Positions 26,574 to 38,559 of a DNA stretch of 47,775 nucleotides are shown piece after piece. Every line of letters starts with the position of its first letter. Within the stretch, counting starts at the first letter, position 1. The notes under the pieces are model-generated. The model was given only the letters and a program-made list of their open reading frames with translations, had not been told where the DNA came from and made no database searches. Source of the stretch: Octopus sinensis (lineage: Eukaryota); contig NW_021832780.1 in assembly GCF_006345805.1 (NCBI RefSeq), positions 1 through 47,775 of the forward strand, written 5' to 3'. Position numbers and translations under genes: made by a program.

Positions 26574-27245
26574 TGTATGTGTATGTGCATGTGTGTGTAT
26601 GTGTGTGTGTGTGGCTGTTTGTCTCTCCATCACCGCTTGACAACCGGCGCTGATGTGTTAGCGTCCTCGTAACTTATCGGTTCGGCAAAGAGACCTATAG
26701 AATAGGTACCAGGCTTTAAAAAATAAGAACAGTGGTCGATTCTTTCGGCTAAAATGGGATCTTTTCGGTTTGAACGGCAGTTTTTTCTAGCGGTGTCATA
26801 TTAAATTGTCACCCATAATTATGACCCTAGTATCGATCTATTGCATTTCAATCTGTTTTAGGGTTAGGGTTAGGGTTAGGGGTAGGGGAAGGGTATCTTT
26901 TTTTCTTCACAAATGTAAATAAACCCAATCTGTTTATTAAACGAGGGACATATTCACACGGCACAGAATGTTGTTTACCTCAATGGACGTCAGTGATTGG
27001 TTGAAATTGCAGAAATTGAAGAAAAAACCAATAAATATCTTACAACCAATAGAATTTTCTCAATAAAGCCAAGAGAAAAAGATGTTTTATAAACACATTC
27101 TACCAGTATACGGAGTTTAAAATTTTTTAGTTACCAAGAAATTATTTTTAAAAACTGCCGGTCAAACCGAAAAGATCTCTAAAATGTTCAAGACGGTGCC
27201 CCAGCATGGCCGCAGTCTAATGACTGAAACAAGTGAAGGATAAAC
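26324..27245 (+). mobile_element. tRNA-derived SINE, second family, interrupted by the TTAGGG MITE
   Basis: Same head, core and tail as 6433-6915; the sequence resumes after 27185. Confidence 0.85.
26756..27179. mobile_element. 424-bp MITE with ~30-bp TIRs, 6-bp TSD and internal (TTAGGG)4
   Basis: TIRs gggatcttttcggtttgaacggcagtttt / aaaactgccggtcaaaccgaaaagatctc. TSD taaaat at 26750-26755 and 27180-27185. TTAGGG x4 at 26858-26881. Interrupts a SINE. Confidence 0.9.
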
Positions 27246-28519
27246 GATCTCTATATAGATAGATAATTGCACGCATGCGTATAGTGTATTTATAAGCTTT
27301 TCTACGCCAGCAGAGACACTAGCAATAATCATAATAATAAGAGACGACAAGGGCAGCAGCAGGGTTCTTTTAAAAACTACAATAATCGGTAGACCCTCAA
27401 GCAAAACGTTACGCGTTATTTCTTCCGATTTCAAATCCCGTTGAGGCCAACTTTGTTTTTTTATCCTTTCGGAATCGATAAAATTAAATTATCAGTCAAG
27501 TACTGGTTTCGATATTATCGATCAACACTCTCTTTTAAAAATTACAAGACTTGAACCTAAGTTAAAAACCATTATTGTTTTTTTCCGGTGTTGTTACTGT
27601 ATTTTGAGAAAGGCGAAGTTGAATTTTTAACACGTAATGCCGCAAGGAAGAACATTTTTAATGCATAACTTCTAAAGAGAGAGAGGTAGTGATTTTTATC
27701 GTTTGTATCAGTTTTCGCTTTTTGGAGGGAAAATACTTCCATTTGCGTAGGAAAAAAAGTAAAAAAATTGTTTTACCATTTATAGACAAACAAAACGGCT
27801 TCAGCATTTAAAGAGTGCCTTCTTCTACCATTGCAAAAAACAAAAAAATCTTGACTGTTAATAAACATGTCTTTAGAGACAGAAAATAGGAAAAGTGAAA
27901 GAATAAAGTAAAACGAAAAATGAATTCCGTTCCTCAACTAAATTCATTTATTTCACAAGAAACATGTCTTTTATTTGTTTCAGTCATTGGACTGCTGCCA
28001 TGCTGGAGCACCGCGTTGAAGGGTTTACTCGAACAAATCGATCCCAGTGTTTATTTTTTAAGTTTGGTACCTTATTCTATCGTTCTGTTTTACCGAACCG
28101 CTAGGTTACGGGGCGTAAACAAACTATCACCGGTTCTCAAGCGACGGCGGAACACAGATACACACACACACACACACACACACATACAAAATTCTACATA
28201 CATACATAAACACACACATGCATACATACGTACATACAAATACACACACACACACATTTCGCAAAGAGAAATAATGAGTAGCCATTCCTAACTGAGGAAA
28301 GGTAAGAATGTTTTGAGTCATCCTTTTACTTGAATTTCTTTCAACGGACGGGCCTTAGATACGGATTATCTGTCGGTAGTAACGGGAAAGTTTAAAGCCA
28401 GGCGACGTTGAACAGATGTATCTGCGACAATTTCCACCTCATGCAGGCAATTTCCACCGCATGCATCATAGAAAGGGTTGGTAACAAACCAAATTTAGGG
28501 GGATATCCACCAATATATA

Positions 28520-28915
28520 TTTCTTTATTGCCCACAAGGGGCTAAACATAGAGGGGACAAACAAGGACAGACAAAGGGATTAAGTCGATCACATCGACCT
28601 CAGTGCGAAACTGGTATTTTATTTATCGACCCCGAAAGGATGAAAGGCAAAGTCGACCTCGGCAGAATTTGAACTCAGAACGTAACGACAGACGAAATAC
28701 CTATTTCTTTATTACCCACAAGGGGATAAACACAGAGGGGACAAACCAGGACAGACATAGGTATTAAGTCGATTACATCGACCCCAGTGCGTAGCTGGTA
28801 CTTAATTTATCGACCCCGAAAGGATGAAAGGCAAAGTCGATCTCGGAGGAATTTGAACTCAGAACGTAACGACAGACGAAATACCGCTAGCCATTTAGCC
28901 CGGCGCGCTAACGTG
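28520..28915 (-). mobile_element. Two tandem copies of the same SINE
   Basis: A ~180-bp unit repeated at 28520-28700 and 28703-28915; reverse complement of the 43659 family. Confidence 0.85.
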
Positions 28916-29377
28916 TCAATTGACAACTTATGGTAGCGCTGACCACGATCACTTTATCCGTGTGCTTGCAGCTCACTCCAGGAGTGACAAGTCCATGCCC
29001 GTCTGATAGCATCGTGGGGCACCGGGATGATAAACCCGTTAAGCTGATGAGGATTTAGCAGAAGTCATTGTTGCAGAGACAGAAATGAAAGAGAGGAGTT
29101 CATGTCTGAAGCCATATATAAGAAAGAGAAACTAAGTGGTAATTTTTCTGGATTCGATCTTGAACGTCCACGTGTGAAGCAACCGTTTCGTTCCCTCTCA
29201 CCCGTTTAGCAGCCTATGTTGATTTGGAAGCATATGTTGGTCTTGCAAGTTTAGCAAAAAAGACCGATAGAATAAGTACCGGACTTTAAAATATAAGCGC
29301 TGCGGTCGACTTGATAGACTAAAACCATTCAGGGCAGTGCTCCAACATGGTCACAGTCCAATGACTGAAAGAAGTAG

Positions 29378-29830
29378 CGCAGACGTGCCTATGTGATGAA
29401 AAATTTCCTTCCCAACTACATGGTTCTGGGTTCAGTACCACTGCTTGGCACATTCAGCAATTGTATAAAACTATAGGCTCGGACCAACCAAAAGCTTGGA
29501 AGTAAATTTGGTAGACGGAAACTGAAAGAAGCCCGTCGCATATGTGTGTGTATTTGTGTGTGTGTTGTGTGTGTGTGTGTGTGTGTGCGTGCGTGTGTGC
29601 GTGTGCATGTGTGTGTCTTTGTGTCTGTATTTATCCCCTACCACTGGTTGATGACCGATGTTGGTGTGTTTACATCCCTATGATATAGCGGTTCGGCCAA
29701 AGAAACCGATAGAATAAGTACCAGGCTTAAAAACAAAACAAGTACTGGGATTGATTAGTTCGACTAAAATTATTCAAGGCAATGCCTCAGCATGGCCACA
29801 GTCTAATGACTGAAACTAGTTAGAGATAAA
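29378..29830 (+). mobile_element. tRNA-derived SINE, second family
   Basis: Same motifs as 6433-6915. Further partial copies lie near 13090-13570(-), 15471-15635(+), 27970-28160(-), 45960-46240(+) and 46370-46660(-). Confidence 0.82.
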
Positions 29831-29853
29831 ATAATATATATATATATATATAT

Positions 29854-30416
29854 ATAGAAATATTAAAATTATTAAGTTTCTCTAAAAGAGATTACGGCAG
29901 CGTTACTGGAAATTAATTGTTATCGCCATATTAATACGGCAGTCTTATAGATATAAGACTAAAAGCTGTCGCTGATTAACTCCATGAGGCTATCGCCTTA
30001 AGATAGCTACTTGACACACAAACTGTGTCCATTATAACCTTCGAACAAGGGAGGTCAGCCGCTTCACACTGCTAGTCAGACAGCTACAGACGCGTTTCAG
30101 GGTATTTGCTCTTTGTCAATGTAGCGTAGTCGACCCAGCAGGTGTCGCCACTGATCGTCTCTGTTCGAAGGTTTTATTTACCTAGTTTCGGTGGAATATA
30201 TCCACTTGTTTTCAATAATAGAAATATTATAATTTCTAAGTTTCTCTAAAAGAGATTACGGCAGCGTTACTGGAAATTAATTGTTCGAAGGTTATAATGG
30301 ACACAGTTTGTGTGTCAAATAGCTATCTTAAGGCGATGGCCTCATGGAGCTATCAGCGACAGCTTTTAGTCTTATATCTATAAGACTGCCATATTAATAT
30401 GGCGATAACAATTAAT
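29854..30416 (-). mobile_element. PLE pseudo-LTR: partial tandem plus inverted copy
   Basis: A ~67-bp direct repeat (29854-29921 and 30218-30284) plus a ~135-bp inverted copy (30281-30416 vs 29912-30048). Carries the U3:A8 hammerhead, has (TA)n on both sides, and is the same family as 47480-47775. Confidence 0.8.
30083..30125 (-). ncRNA. Minimal type-I hammerhead ribozyme, U3:A8 core variant (PLE terminal repeat)
   Basis: Minus strand reads gctaca TTGACAA agag-caaata-ccct GAAA cgcg TC tgtagc: 6-bp stem I, core UUGACAA, stem II with one mismatch, GAAA, palindromic ACGCGU stem III, GUC cleavage triplet. Confidence 0.8.
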
Positions 30417-30432
30417 ATATATATATATAAAA

Positions 30433-30479
<47 letters not shown>

Positions 30480-30511
30480 TATAATAATATATATATATAT
30501 ATATATATTAC

Positions 30512-30549
<38 letters not shown>

Positions 30550-30593
30550 GATTATATATATATATTTATATATATATTTATAATATATATTTT

Positions 30594-30624
<31 letters not shown>

Positions 30625-30931
30625 TATATATATTATATATATATATTTATATATTATATATATATATTTATATATATACCAGGTGGGTGAGTCCAGCAAA
30701 AATTTAGATTCGCATAATTGGTACTTAAGTTCATACACAGCATCAGAATTTAGTACGGTATTATCTATGCAATTTCAAGGTAAGGTGATTAAAATCAAAA
30801 TAAGCAACAAGGATTGGATATCCTTGTTGCTTATTTTGATATATATATATATATGACCGAAGAAAAACAACAACGTGAGGACGTGGTACATGCAAAGTAT
30901 TAGCAGACGCTCAGGGAAAGAAAGAAAGGTG

Positions 30932-30966
30932 GTTTAACGTTTCGAGTAAAGCTCTTCTTCAGAAAC
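30932..30966 (-). ncRNA. Minimal type-I hammerhead ribozyme (same family as 45684)
   Basis: Minus strand reads gttt CTGAAGA a gagc-ttt-actc GAAA cg TT aaac. The flanking ~170 bp are homologous to 45610-45820. Confidence 0.72.
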
Positions 30967-31715
30967 AGAAGACAGAAGAAAGTCCAAGAGAAAAGGGTGA
31001 TGGTGGAAAAAAATCGCCAACGATCCACATACGTGTATATATACACGTATGCAAATATACAAACACGCCCATATATACTTCTACAATACCGTGACAGAGA
31101 ATGTTTGGTAAAGTTAGATTTGAAGTTGATTTGAAGAAGCTTGAAGTTCCCCGAAATTTATATAAGTTCGTTGTAGTGTACCGATTGATCTTCTGGAATG
31201 TTCGTAGATAGTTAAAAAGAAAGAAAAAAAAACATCTAAAAAGTTTTAAAAAATTAAAGTAAAACCCTAAAGAAACAAAAACCACTCATGGGAAACGGTA
31301 AAAACAAGAAGTACGAGTTCTTTGAAACTGTGAACGAACAATAAAAAAAAAGCCGTTAGATTCTATTTCTGTTGAAGATCAGATGCAATAAATGTCGAGA
31401 ACTTTTAATGAGTTAAGATCTTTGCTAGAATACTCTCGAATTTAGTATTTTATTAACAGGTAATTCATAAAAGAGAAAGGGAGGGTAAGAAGGAGAGTGA
31501 GAGAGAGAGAAGAGAGAGGGAGAGAGAAGGGAGAGATGGGGAATAAGAAAAAACAGAATAAAAACGACTCTTTAGCTTTTGCTAATATGGCTACTTGTGT
31601 TTGTTTTTTCCTGTCGTTATTTTCAACCGAAATTTTCAACGCGATAATGGTAGGCGCTGCTGTCATTACTGCTTCAGCCGTTGTTATTGTTGTTGTTGTT
31701 GTCGTCGTCGTCGTC

Positions 31716-31749
<34 letters not shown>

Positions 31750-32087
31750 CTGTTGCATTTAGTTGTTGTGGGCTTTGCCGTTGCTGGTGTTGTTCTTGGT
31801 GGTGATGGTGATTGGTGGTGGTGGTGGTGGTAGAGGTCGAAGCGGTGAAGAAGAAACTGACCAATCTTACACAAATACCTTGGATGGCATTTGTAAACAA
31901 AGACCGTCAAATGGTGCCATAAACAAGACTGCTCATTTTGGAAGAATTGATAGCTTGCCAATTCATTAGACACTACAGTTATGGCCGTATTGTTTGCTTT
32001 GATAAGTAACTTGATCTACGTCGTTGACGAAGGAAATTTCAAAGGTTCTTTTAATATTATGTATATGATAGAGAGAGAAAGAGGGAA

Positions 32088-32122
<35 letters not shown>

Positions 32123-32367
32123 GGTGGGGAATATTTTGCACATTCATACATACATACATACCTACATACATACAGGCATGCAAGCATATGCTTACATATA
32201 TACACACTCACATAAGTGTGTATGTGCGTGTGTGTATATGTGTTTGTGTATATGTCTGTATGTCTGTGTGTACATGTATGCGTATGTATATACATACATA
32301 TGTATGCATGCATATATGTATGCATGTGTCTATCTATCTATCTACCTATCTATGTGTACGTATACAC

Positions 32368-32442
<75 letters not shown>

Positions 32443-33216
32443 GTATGTATGTGTATGTATGTATATATATATATATATATATATACATACGTATATATCG
32501 ATGTGTGGAATCAATAAGGTTACTAAAATAAGTGTTTGGCCTACGCTGCCGCGTCTTTGATGTGACTATCAGAGATAGGGATTAGTATGGTCCTAATCAG
32601 CTTTACTAGTCCGATGAATGAGCGGCCATAACGAGCTCTTTGCGAATTAGTTAAAACGTGCAGCCATTTTCAGCCTGTCCTCTCTTAATTTATATTTTTC
32701 TCTTTATTACTTTTATGAGACTCTGATAAATTTCTGCCGCAGTTCTAATTCCACCATTGTTGTTCCCATATTCAGCTACACGAAGGACAGTAGAAAAAAA
32801 GTAACACTAACAATAGCAACAGCAATAATTCTTATAATTATAATTGGCTAAAACAGAAGGCTCTGTCTATATACGCATGTGTATGTGAGTGCATGTGTGT
32901 TTGTCTGTGTCTGTGTGTGAGAGAGAGAAATAGAGAGAAATGGAGAGGAGTATACATGTATATCTGGAAGTGCTTTTCAATGTGTGTAATATGTGTCCGG
33001 TTTGTCTTTGTGTGTGTCCACTGTGAAGATTTCTTTCCAATTTTCAATCAACGATGCTATTGTAAGGTGTCGCATGCAACGCTGTAAGTGGAGTTAGTTG
33101 TTAGTAGAGGCAAGCCACAGCATTGTGGACCGTCTTTAGATAATAAGTAGAAGGTGCTTTAGTTTGAGCCTCGTATAATTTCACATATTCATAGATAGGA
33201 AGGAGAACGGACAGAT

Positions 33217-33250
<34 letters not shown>

Positions 33251-33357
33251 GGAGGGGGCAGAGACCGACAGGCAGACAGATTGATAGACAGGCAGACAGA
33301 CAGACAGACAGACAGACAGATAGACAGACAGACAGATAGACAGACAGACAGACAGAC

Positions 33358-33445
<88 letters not shown>

Positions 33446-33459
33446 TGATAGATAGATAT

Positions 33460-33567
33460 GCTTCTCTATTAGCCACACAGGGCTGAATACAGAGGGGACA
33501 AATTACAAAGTAGAAATTTTCTTTTGGGGAGAAAAAAAAGAAAAGAAAAAGGGGATAGGTTTTCGAT
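33460..33567 (-). mobile_element. Tx1/L1-like LINE extreme 3' end, copy 3, within (GATA)n
   Basis: agccacacagggctgaatacagaggggacaaattacaaagtag is homologous to the 3' ends of copies 1 and 2. GATA repeats on both sides. Confidence 0.7.
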
Positions 33568-33579
33568 AGATTGATAGAT

Positions 33580-33639
<60 letters not shown>

Positions 33640-33656
33640 ATATATATATATATAGA

Positions 33657-33737
<81 letters not shown>

Positions 33738-34503
33738 TGACGCACAGGAATAAGACCGCTTAAAACAACATTCAGAATATCTGTAAACTAGTGAATATTT
33801 TTATCATAAGTAGGCCTAACATTTGGTGACAATTTACTGCTGGTCACATCAATGGATAGTTACTTACGACATCCGTAAATCTCCGTAAATTACTACAACA
33901 ATAACAACAACAACGACGACGACGACGATGACGACAATAAACAACAATAAGACTTTGTGTTATTTTATCTGGAAACCGAAACTGCAACGCATTAGTTTCG
34001 AAGAAGAAGAAGAGACGAAAATCGAGCCAATTATTAAGTTCATTGCTTAGAATTGACGGCAATCAAAATGATCCAAAGAAACGGAGAAGAGACGGGACAA
34101 TTACGGTTTCTTGACGACTTCAAAGAGAAAATCTGTTGCTGCATCATGGCGTGCGAGTGTCGTTTGTTTCTGTTCGATTAATCGGACTTAAGAACAAAGA
34201 GTCTTCTCAACACTAATGTAAGTTGAACAGTTAAGACACCACCACCACCACCACCATCACTACCAGCGACAATAACAACGACAGCAGTAAAACCAGAACT
34301 GCAAACAACAAATACTTCGCTGCCTACTTTCACTATTACGCCAAATCAGAGTTATTTCAACTGTGTGTTATTTTGAGTTGGCTGAGTTTGTTTGTGCATG
34401 TTAAGAGCAGAAATACCCGGATAAATGATTTGATAAACACAGAAATGTGCGTAGGTAATGGTAAAGAAAGCGTTCAGGGATACATATGAACGCGTGCCTG
34501 TGA

Positions 34504-34634
<131 letters not shown>

Positions 34635-34855
34635 TTATCTATCTATTTATCTATCTATCTTATATGCACATTCGCACGTTTACAATGGGGTTTGTTTGTA
34701 TGTGGTCGCGCGCACATGCACACACTCACATGAAATGTATTACAAGATGCTTTCACGCCCGCTTAAAGTTCCATATCTGAAGGTTTCAAACCTCTTTGAA
34801 TTAGCTTTGACTTTTCAATACATGGATATAATATATATATATATATATATATAAA

Positions 34856-34954
<99 letters not shown>

Positions 34955-35178
34955 AATAAGAAAATGGAGGGGATCAATAGGTAGTTCATCAACTTTTAGA
35001 CATTATATTATGTCAACTTTTTTATTTATTTATAAAACTGACAATTACAAGAATATACGTATAAGTATGACATATGATGCTTTACATATAAGATATAAAA
35101 TATATTAATTTATAAAGATATATAAAGATAAAGATACCAGTAATTATTACAATATAACATAAATGAATATAAATTGGG

Positions 35179-35310
35179 AAAATAACTTACAGCTGTTTCA
35201 GCCATGAGGCAAAAATACCTCATTCTACCTTTATTACTCTAGTAGACTGAAGTAATAAGTAGATGAAATTAAGGTACTTGGGTGTTTCTCTAGGCTTCGT
35301 CAGAGATTTT
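35179..35310 (-). ncRNA. Type-I hammerhead ribozyme with a ~100-nt extended stem II
   Basis: Minus strand reads aaaatct CTGACGA agcc [long hairpin incl. ctacttattac...gtaataaaggtag] ggct GAAA cagctg TA agttatttt. Palindromic ACAGCUGU stem III, GUA triplet, weak and bulged stem I. Confidence 0.7.
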
Positions 35311-35829
35311 TCTTTTAATATATATATATATATATATATATCTATATATATATATATATATACATATATTATATTCTTAGTAGTAGTATGTATGTATGTA
35401 TGTATGTATGTATGTATGTATGTATGTATGTATGCATGTATGTATATGTATGTATATGTATTAGAGAGAAAGGGGGAGAGAAATACGGGGACCATTAGGT
35501 GTACGAAACAGAATGACGCCATAAATAGCGAGAATATTTCACTTAAGCACAATGTTAAGTATTCTGTATAGAGAGATATAGTTCTTAATCCAGCCCATTA
35601 CCTGTAACTAATTGCTATTTGCTATACTAATTAGGTTTAATGAGAATGTGCTTAATCAAAGATTTTTATCAACATCATTTTTTTAAAATTCGGAAGCATC
35701 TTTGAACAAAATCTTGAGAAAACAACATTAACAATTTTCGCATGTCTGTATGTGTGTGTTTGTATTTATGTCTCTGTGTGCGTAAACATACATACATACA
35801 TACATACATACATACATACATACATTAAA

Positions 35830-36151
35830 AAAAGACTCCGCCGGTTACGACGACGAGGGTCCCAGCTGATACGATCAACGGAACAGCTTGCTCGTGAAAT
35901 TAACGTGCAAATGGCTGAGCATTCCACAGACACGTGTACCCTTAACGTAGTTCTCGGGGAAAATCAGTGTGACACAGAGAGTGACAAGGCTGACCCTTTG
36001 AAATACAAGTACAACTCATTTTTGCCAGCTGAGTGGACTGGAGCAACGTGAAATAAAGTGTCTTGCTCAAGGACACAACGCGTCGCCGGGAATCGAACTC
36101 ACAACCTTACGATCATGAGCCGAATGCCCTAACCACTAAGCCACACGCCCT
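35830..36151 (-). mobile_element. tRNA-derived SINE, third family
   Basis: Minus strand begins gagggcgtgtggcttagtggttagggcattcggctcatgatcgtaaggttgtgagttcgattcccgg (clear A and B boxes). A related copy lies at 24507-24770(+). Confidence 0.85.
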
Positions 36152-37182
36152 CACATACATACATACATACATACATACATACATACGTACATACATATTG
36201 CAACCTACAAAACCTTACAAACAGGATAATATGGTCTGTGACCGTTGCCTCTCAGAGAAAATAAACACTCTTTCAAATATGAAATATTTTTTGTAGTCCC
36301 AAATCAAAATATTTGTTGAAGTATTTTGATCCACCTAACAAGTGAAAAGTGGATAGTCACGTAAGACGTTCATTCACGATTTAAAGAAAATTCAAATATT
36401 TTCTTCATTTAACGTGAATTAAAAATTTCGATATTTTTGTTATCTTTTATCAAAAAGGTAAGCGAATGGACGATTGATAGCTTTAAACAAATAACATGGC
36501 GGCTAACATAAAATAGTTTTATACCGTTAACGTGCTGATTCAATGGTTTTTGTAATTCATATCGTAAAGAATACTAATTTTATTTCATTTATTGCAGTGA
36601 TTGCATGAAAATCATGAAATGAGTAATCGAAATCTATTAAATTTCAACTTGAAGTAAAATATACTAATTATATTACAGCTTTTATTGAATTCTTTTCACC
36701 TCTGGATTATTTACACTCATGAGTATCTCCTTCCGACACGCACACACAAACACACAGAGAGGAGGACACACACACAGAGGAGGACACACACACACAGAGG
36801 AGGACACACACAGACACGCAAGGACACGCACACACGCGCGTGGACACGCACACACGCAAGGGCACACACACAAGGATACACACAGGGACACCCGTACACA
36901 CACAAAGACAGACACACTCAAGGACACACACACACATACACACAGACACACTCACACAAGGCCACTCACACAAACACTTACAAGAACATAAATCCACGCA
37001 CATGCACATACACACAAACACTCATCACTTAGCTTTTCCTTACTCAGTACATTTGTCTTTCCATTATCTTTTATAGGTTTTGTATAAAATCAAGTAAGGC
37101 AGGATTTGCCTTTTGAATTATTCTTAACGTCAGGAATTTTGCGGAGGTAGGCATCTCTTCATGAGAAAGTTCCAGTATCATC

Positions 37183-37400
37183 TCATTACCTCTGCCAAGG
37201 ATGGAGGTTATGTTTTCAACGGCGCTGGTTTGTCCGTCCGTCCGTCTGTGTACAAAATAACTCAAAAAGTTGTGAACAGAAACTTGCAGAAAAAGTTGGT
37301 AATGCCACAAGGAACAGATGATGAAATTTTGGTAGTGATCTGGGAATTTTTATGGATTCTTGAACGATTTTTCATTTGTTATATTTACTTTACATGAAGT
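37183..37400 (+). mobile_element. DINE/HINE-like non-autonomous element (tentative)
   Basis: Begins attacctctgccaagg..ggaggttatgtttt followed by a (gtcc/gtct)n microsatellite, an arrangement I associate with Helentron-associated/DINE-like repeats. 3' end not defined. Confidence 0.45.
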
Positions 37401-37624
37401 ATCACAATGTTGATTATCTCCCTTGAAAAAACACGTTCATCGTTTCAAAGTAACCTATGGTGGCGTTTCTGTTTCTTCTTCTTGTTATTATTATTATTAT
37501 TTCTAAGATAGACGTAAGGCAACACGTTTCGCAATAGAGTTTAGTCGTTTATTTTGGCAACAGCACTCGATTGCTACTTATTTTATCAACCCCATAAAGA
37601 AGAATCACAGCAGCAGCAGCAGAG

Positions 37625-37848
37625 GAAGAAGAAGAAGAAGAAGAAGAAGAAGAAGAAGAAGAAGAAGAAGAAGAAGAAGAAGAAGAAGAAGAAGAAGAAG
37701 AAGAAGAAGAAGAAGAAGAAGAAGAAGAAAGAAGAAGAAAAGAAGAAGAAGAAGAAGAAGAAGAAGAAGAAGAAGAAGAAGAAGAAGAGAAGAAGAAGAA
37801 GAAGAAGAAGAAGAGAAGAAGAAGAAAGAAGAGAAGAAGAAGAAGAAG
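37625..37848. repeat. Long (AAG)n microsatellite
   Basis: About 220 bp of near-pure aag repeats. Confidence 0.98.
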
Positions 37849-38321
37849 CCGTTAACGACGACGATGAGATCGTTAAGAGAACTTCCTGCTCTACAAGAAG
37901 AGAAATCATGGGATGAAGAATGGAAATGGTGTTGGCTATTGAATGAATGAAAGACGTATAAACGTGGAAACAAAAATGTTAGAGTGGCTTATTGACTCTA
38001 CTGCATACGTCACGATTTCTACGCGATAATACTTAATAGTAATATTTGATATCATATGATAAGATTTATTTAATTTGTGTGAATAATCATAAATATATAT
38101 GAAAAAAACAACAAGCAATTATGGATTATTGATGTGGTTTGTCTCAAAACAGAACGAGAGAAAAAAAAAACCGTATGAACAACATACCAAAAGAAACTGA
38201 TAAAGTAACTAGTGTTAGAGTTTGACTTTTATCGGCTATGGAAAGATACCAATCAAAGTTGACTGACGGCGAAGCTTGGACTTGGAAGCATAAAAATAAG
38301 TAACTAAATGTGTGTGTGTGT

Positions 38322-38354
<33 letters not shown>

Positions 38355-38355
38355 T

Positions 38356-38394
<39 letters not shown>

Positions 38395-38559
38395 GTGTGT
38401 GCGTGGATGTATCTATTTGAGGGTCAAATATAAATACCAGATTGGTGCCTGGCGTGAATACAACTACCAAAAATTGCAATATGAAAGAGGTTCATATTCA
38501 CGGGTGATGGGAATCGGGAGGCTAGAATCGCAAGTACAGGCACAGTAATGCACCAGATC

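Noticed and set aside
27162-27434. Minus-strand ORF with a signal-peptide-like stretch, considered as the TKRP first exon
   Set aside because: It starts and ends within SINE sequence, has no ATG ahead of the hydrophobic run, and I found no phase-0 donor.
29044-29095. CTGATGA motif followed later by GAAA
   Set aside because: No stem II, stem III or stem I pairing. The same applies to CTGATGA at ~43178.
36075-36151. tRNA-like sequence with A and B boxes (also at ~8740-8808 and 24507)
   Set aside because: These are SINE heads continuing into SINE bodies, not tRNA genes.
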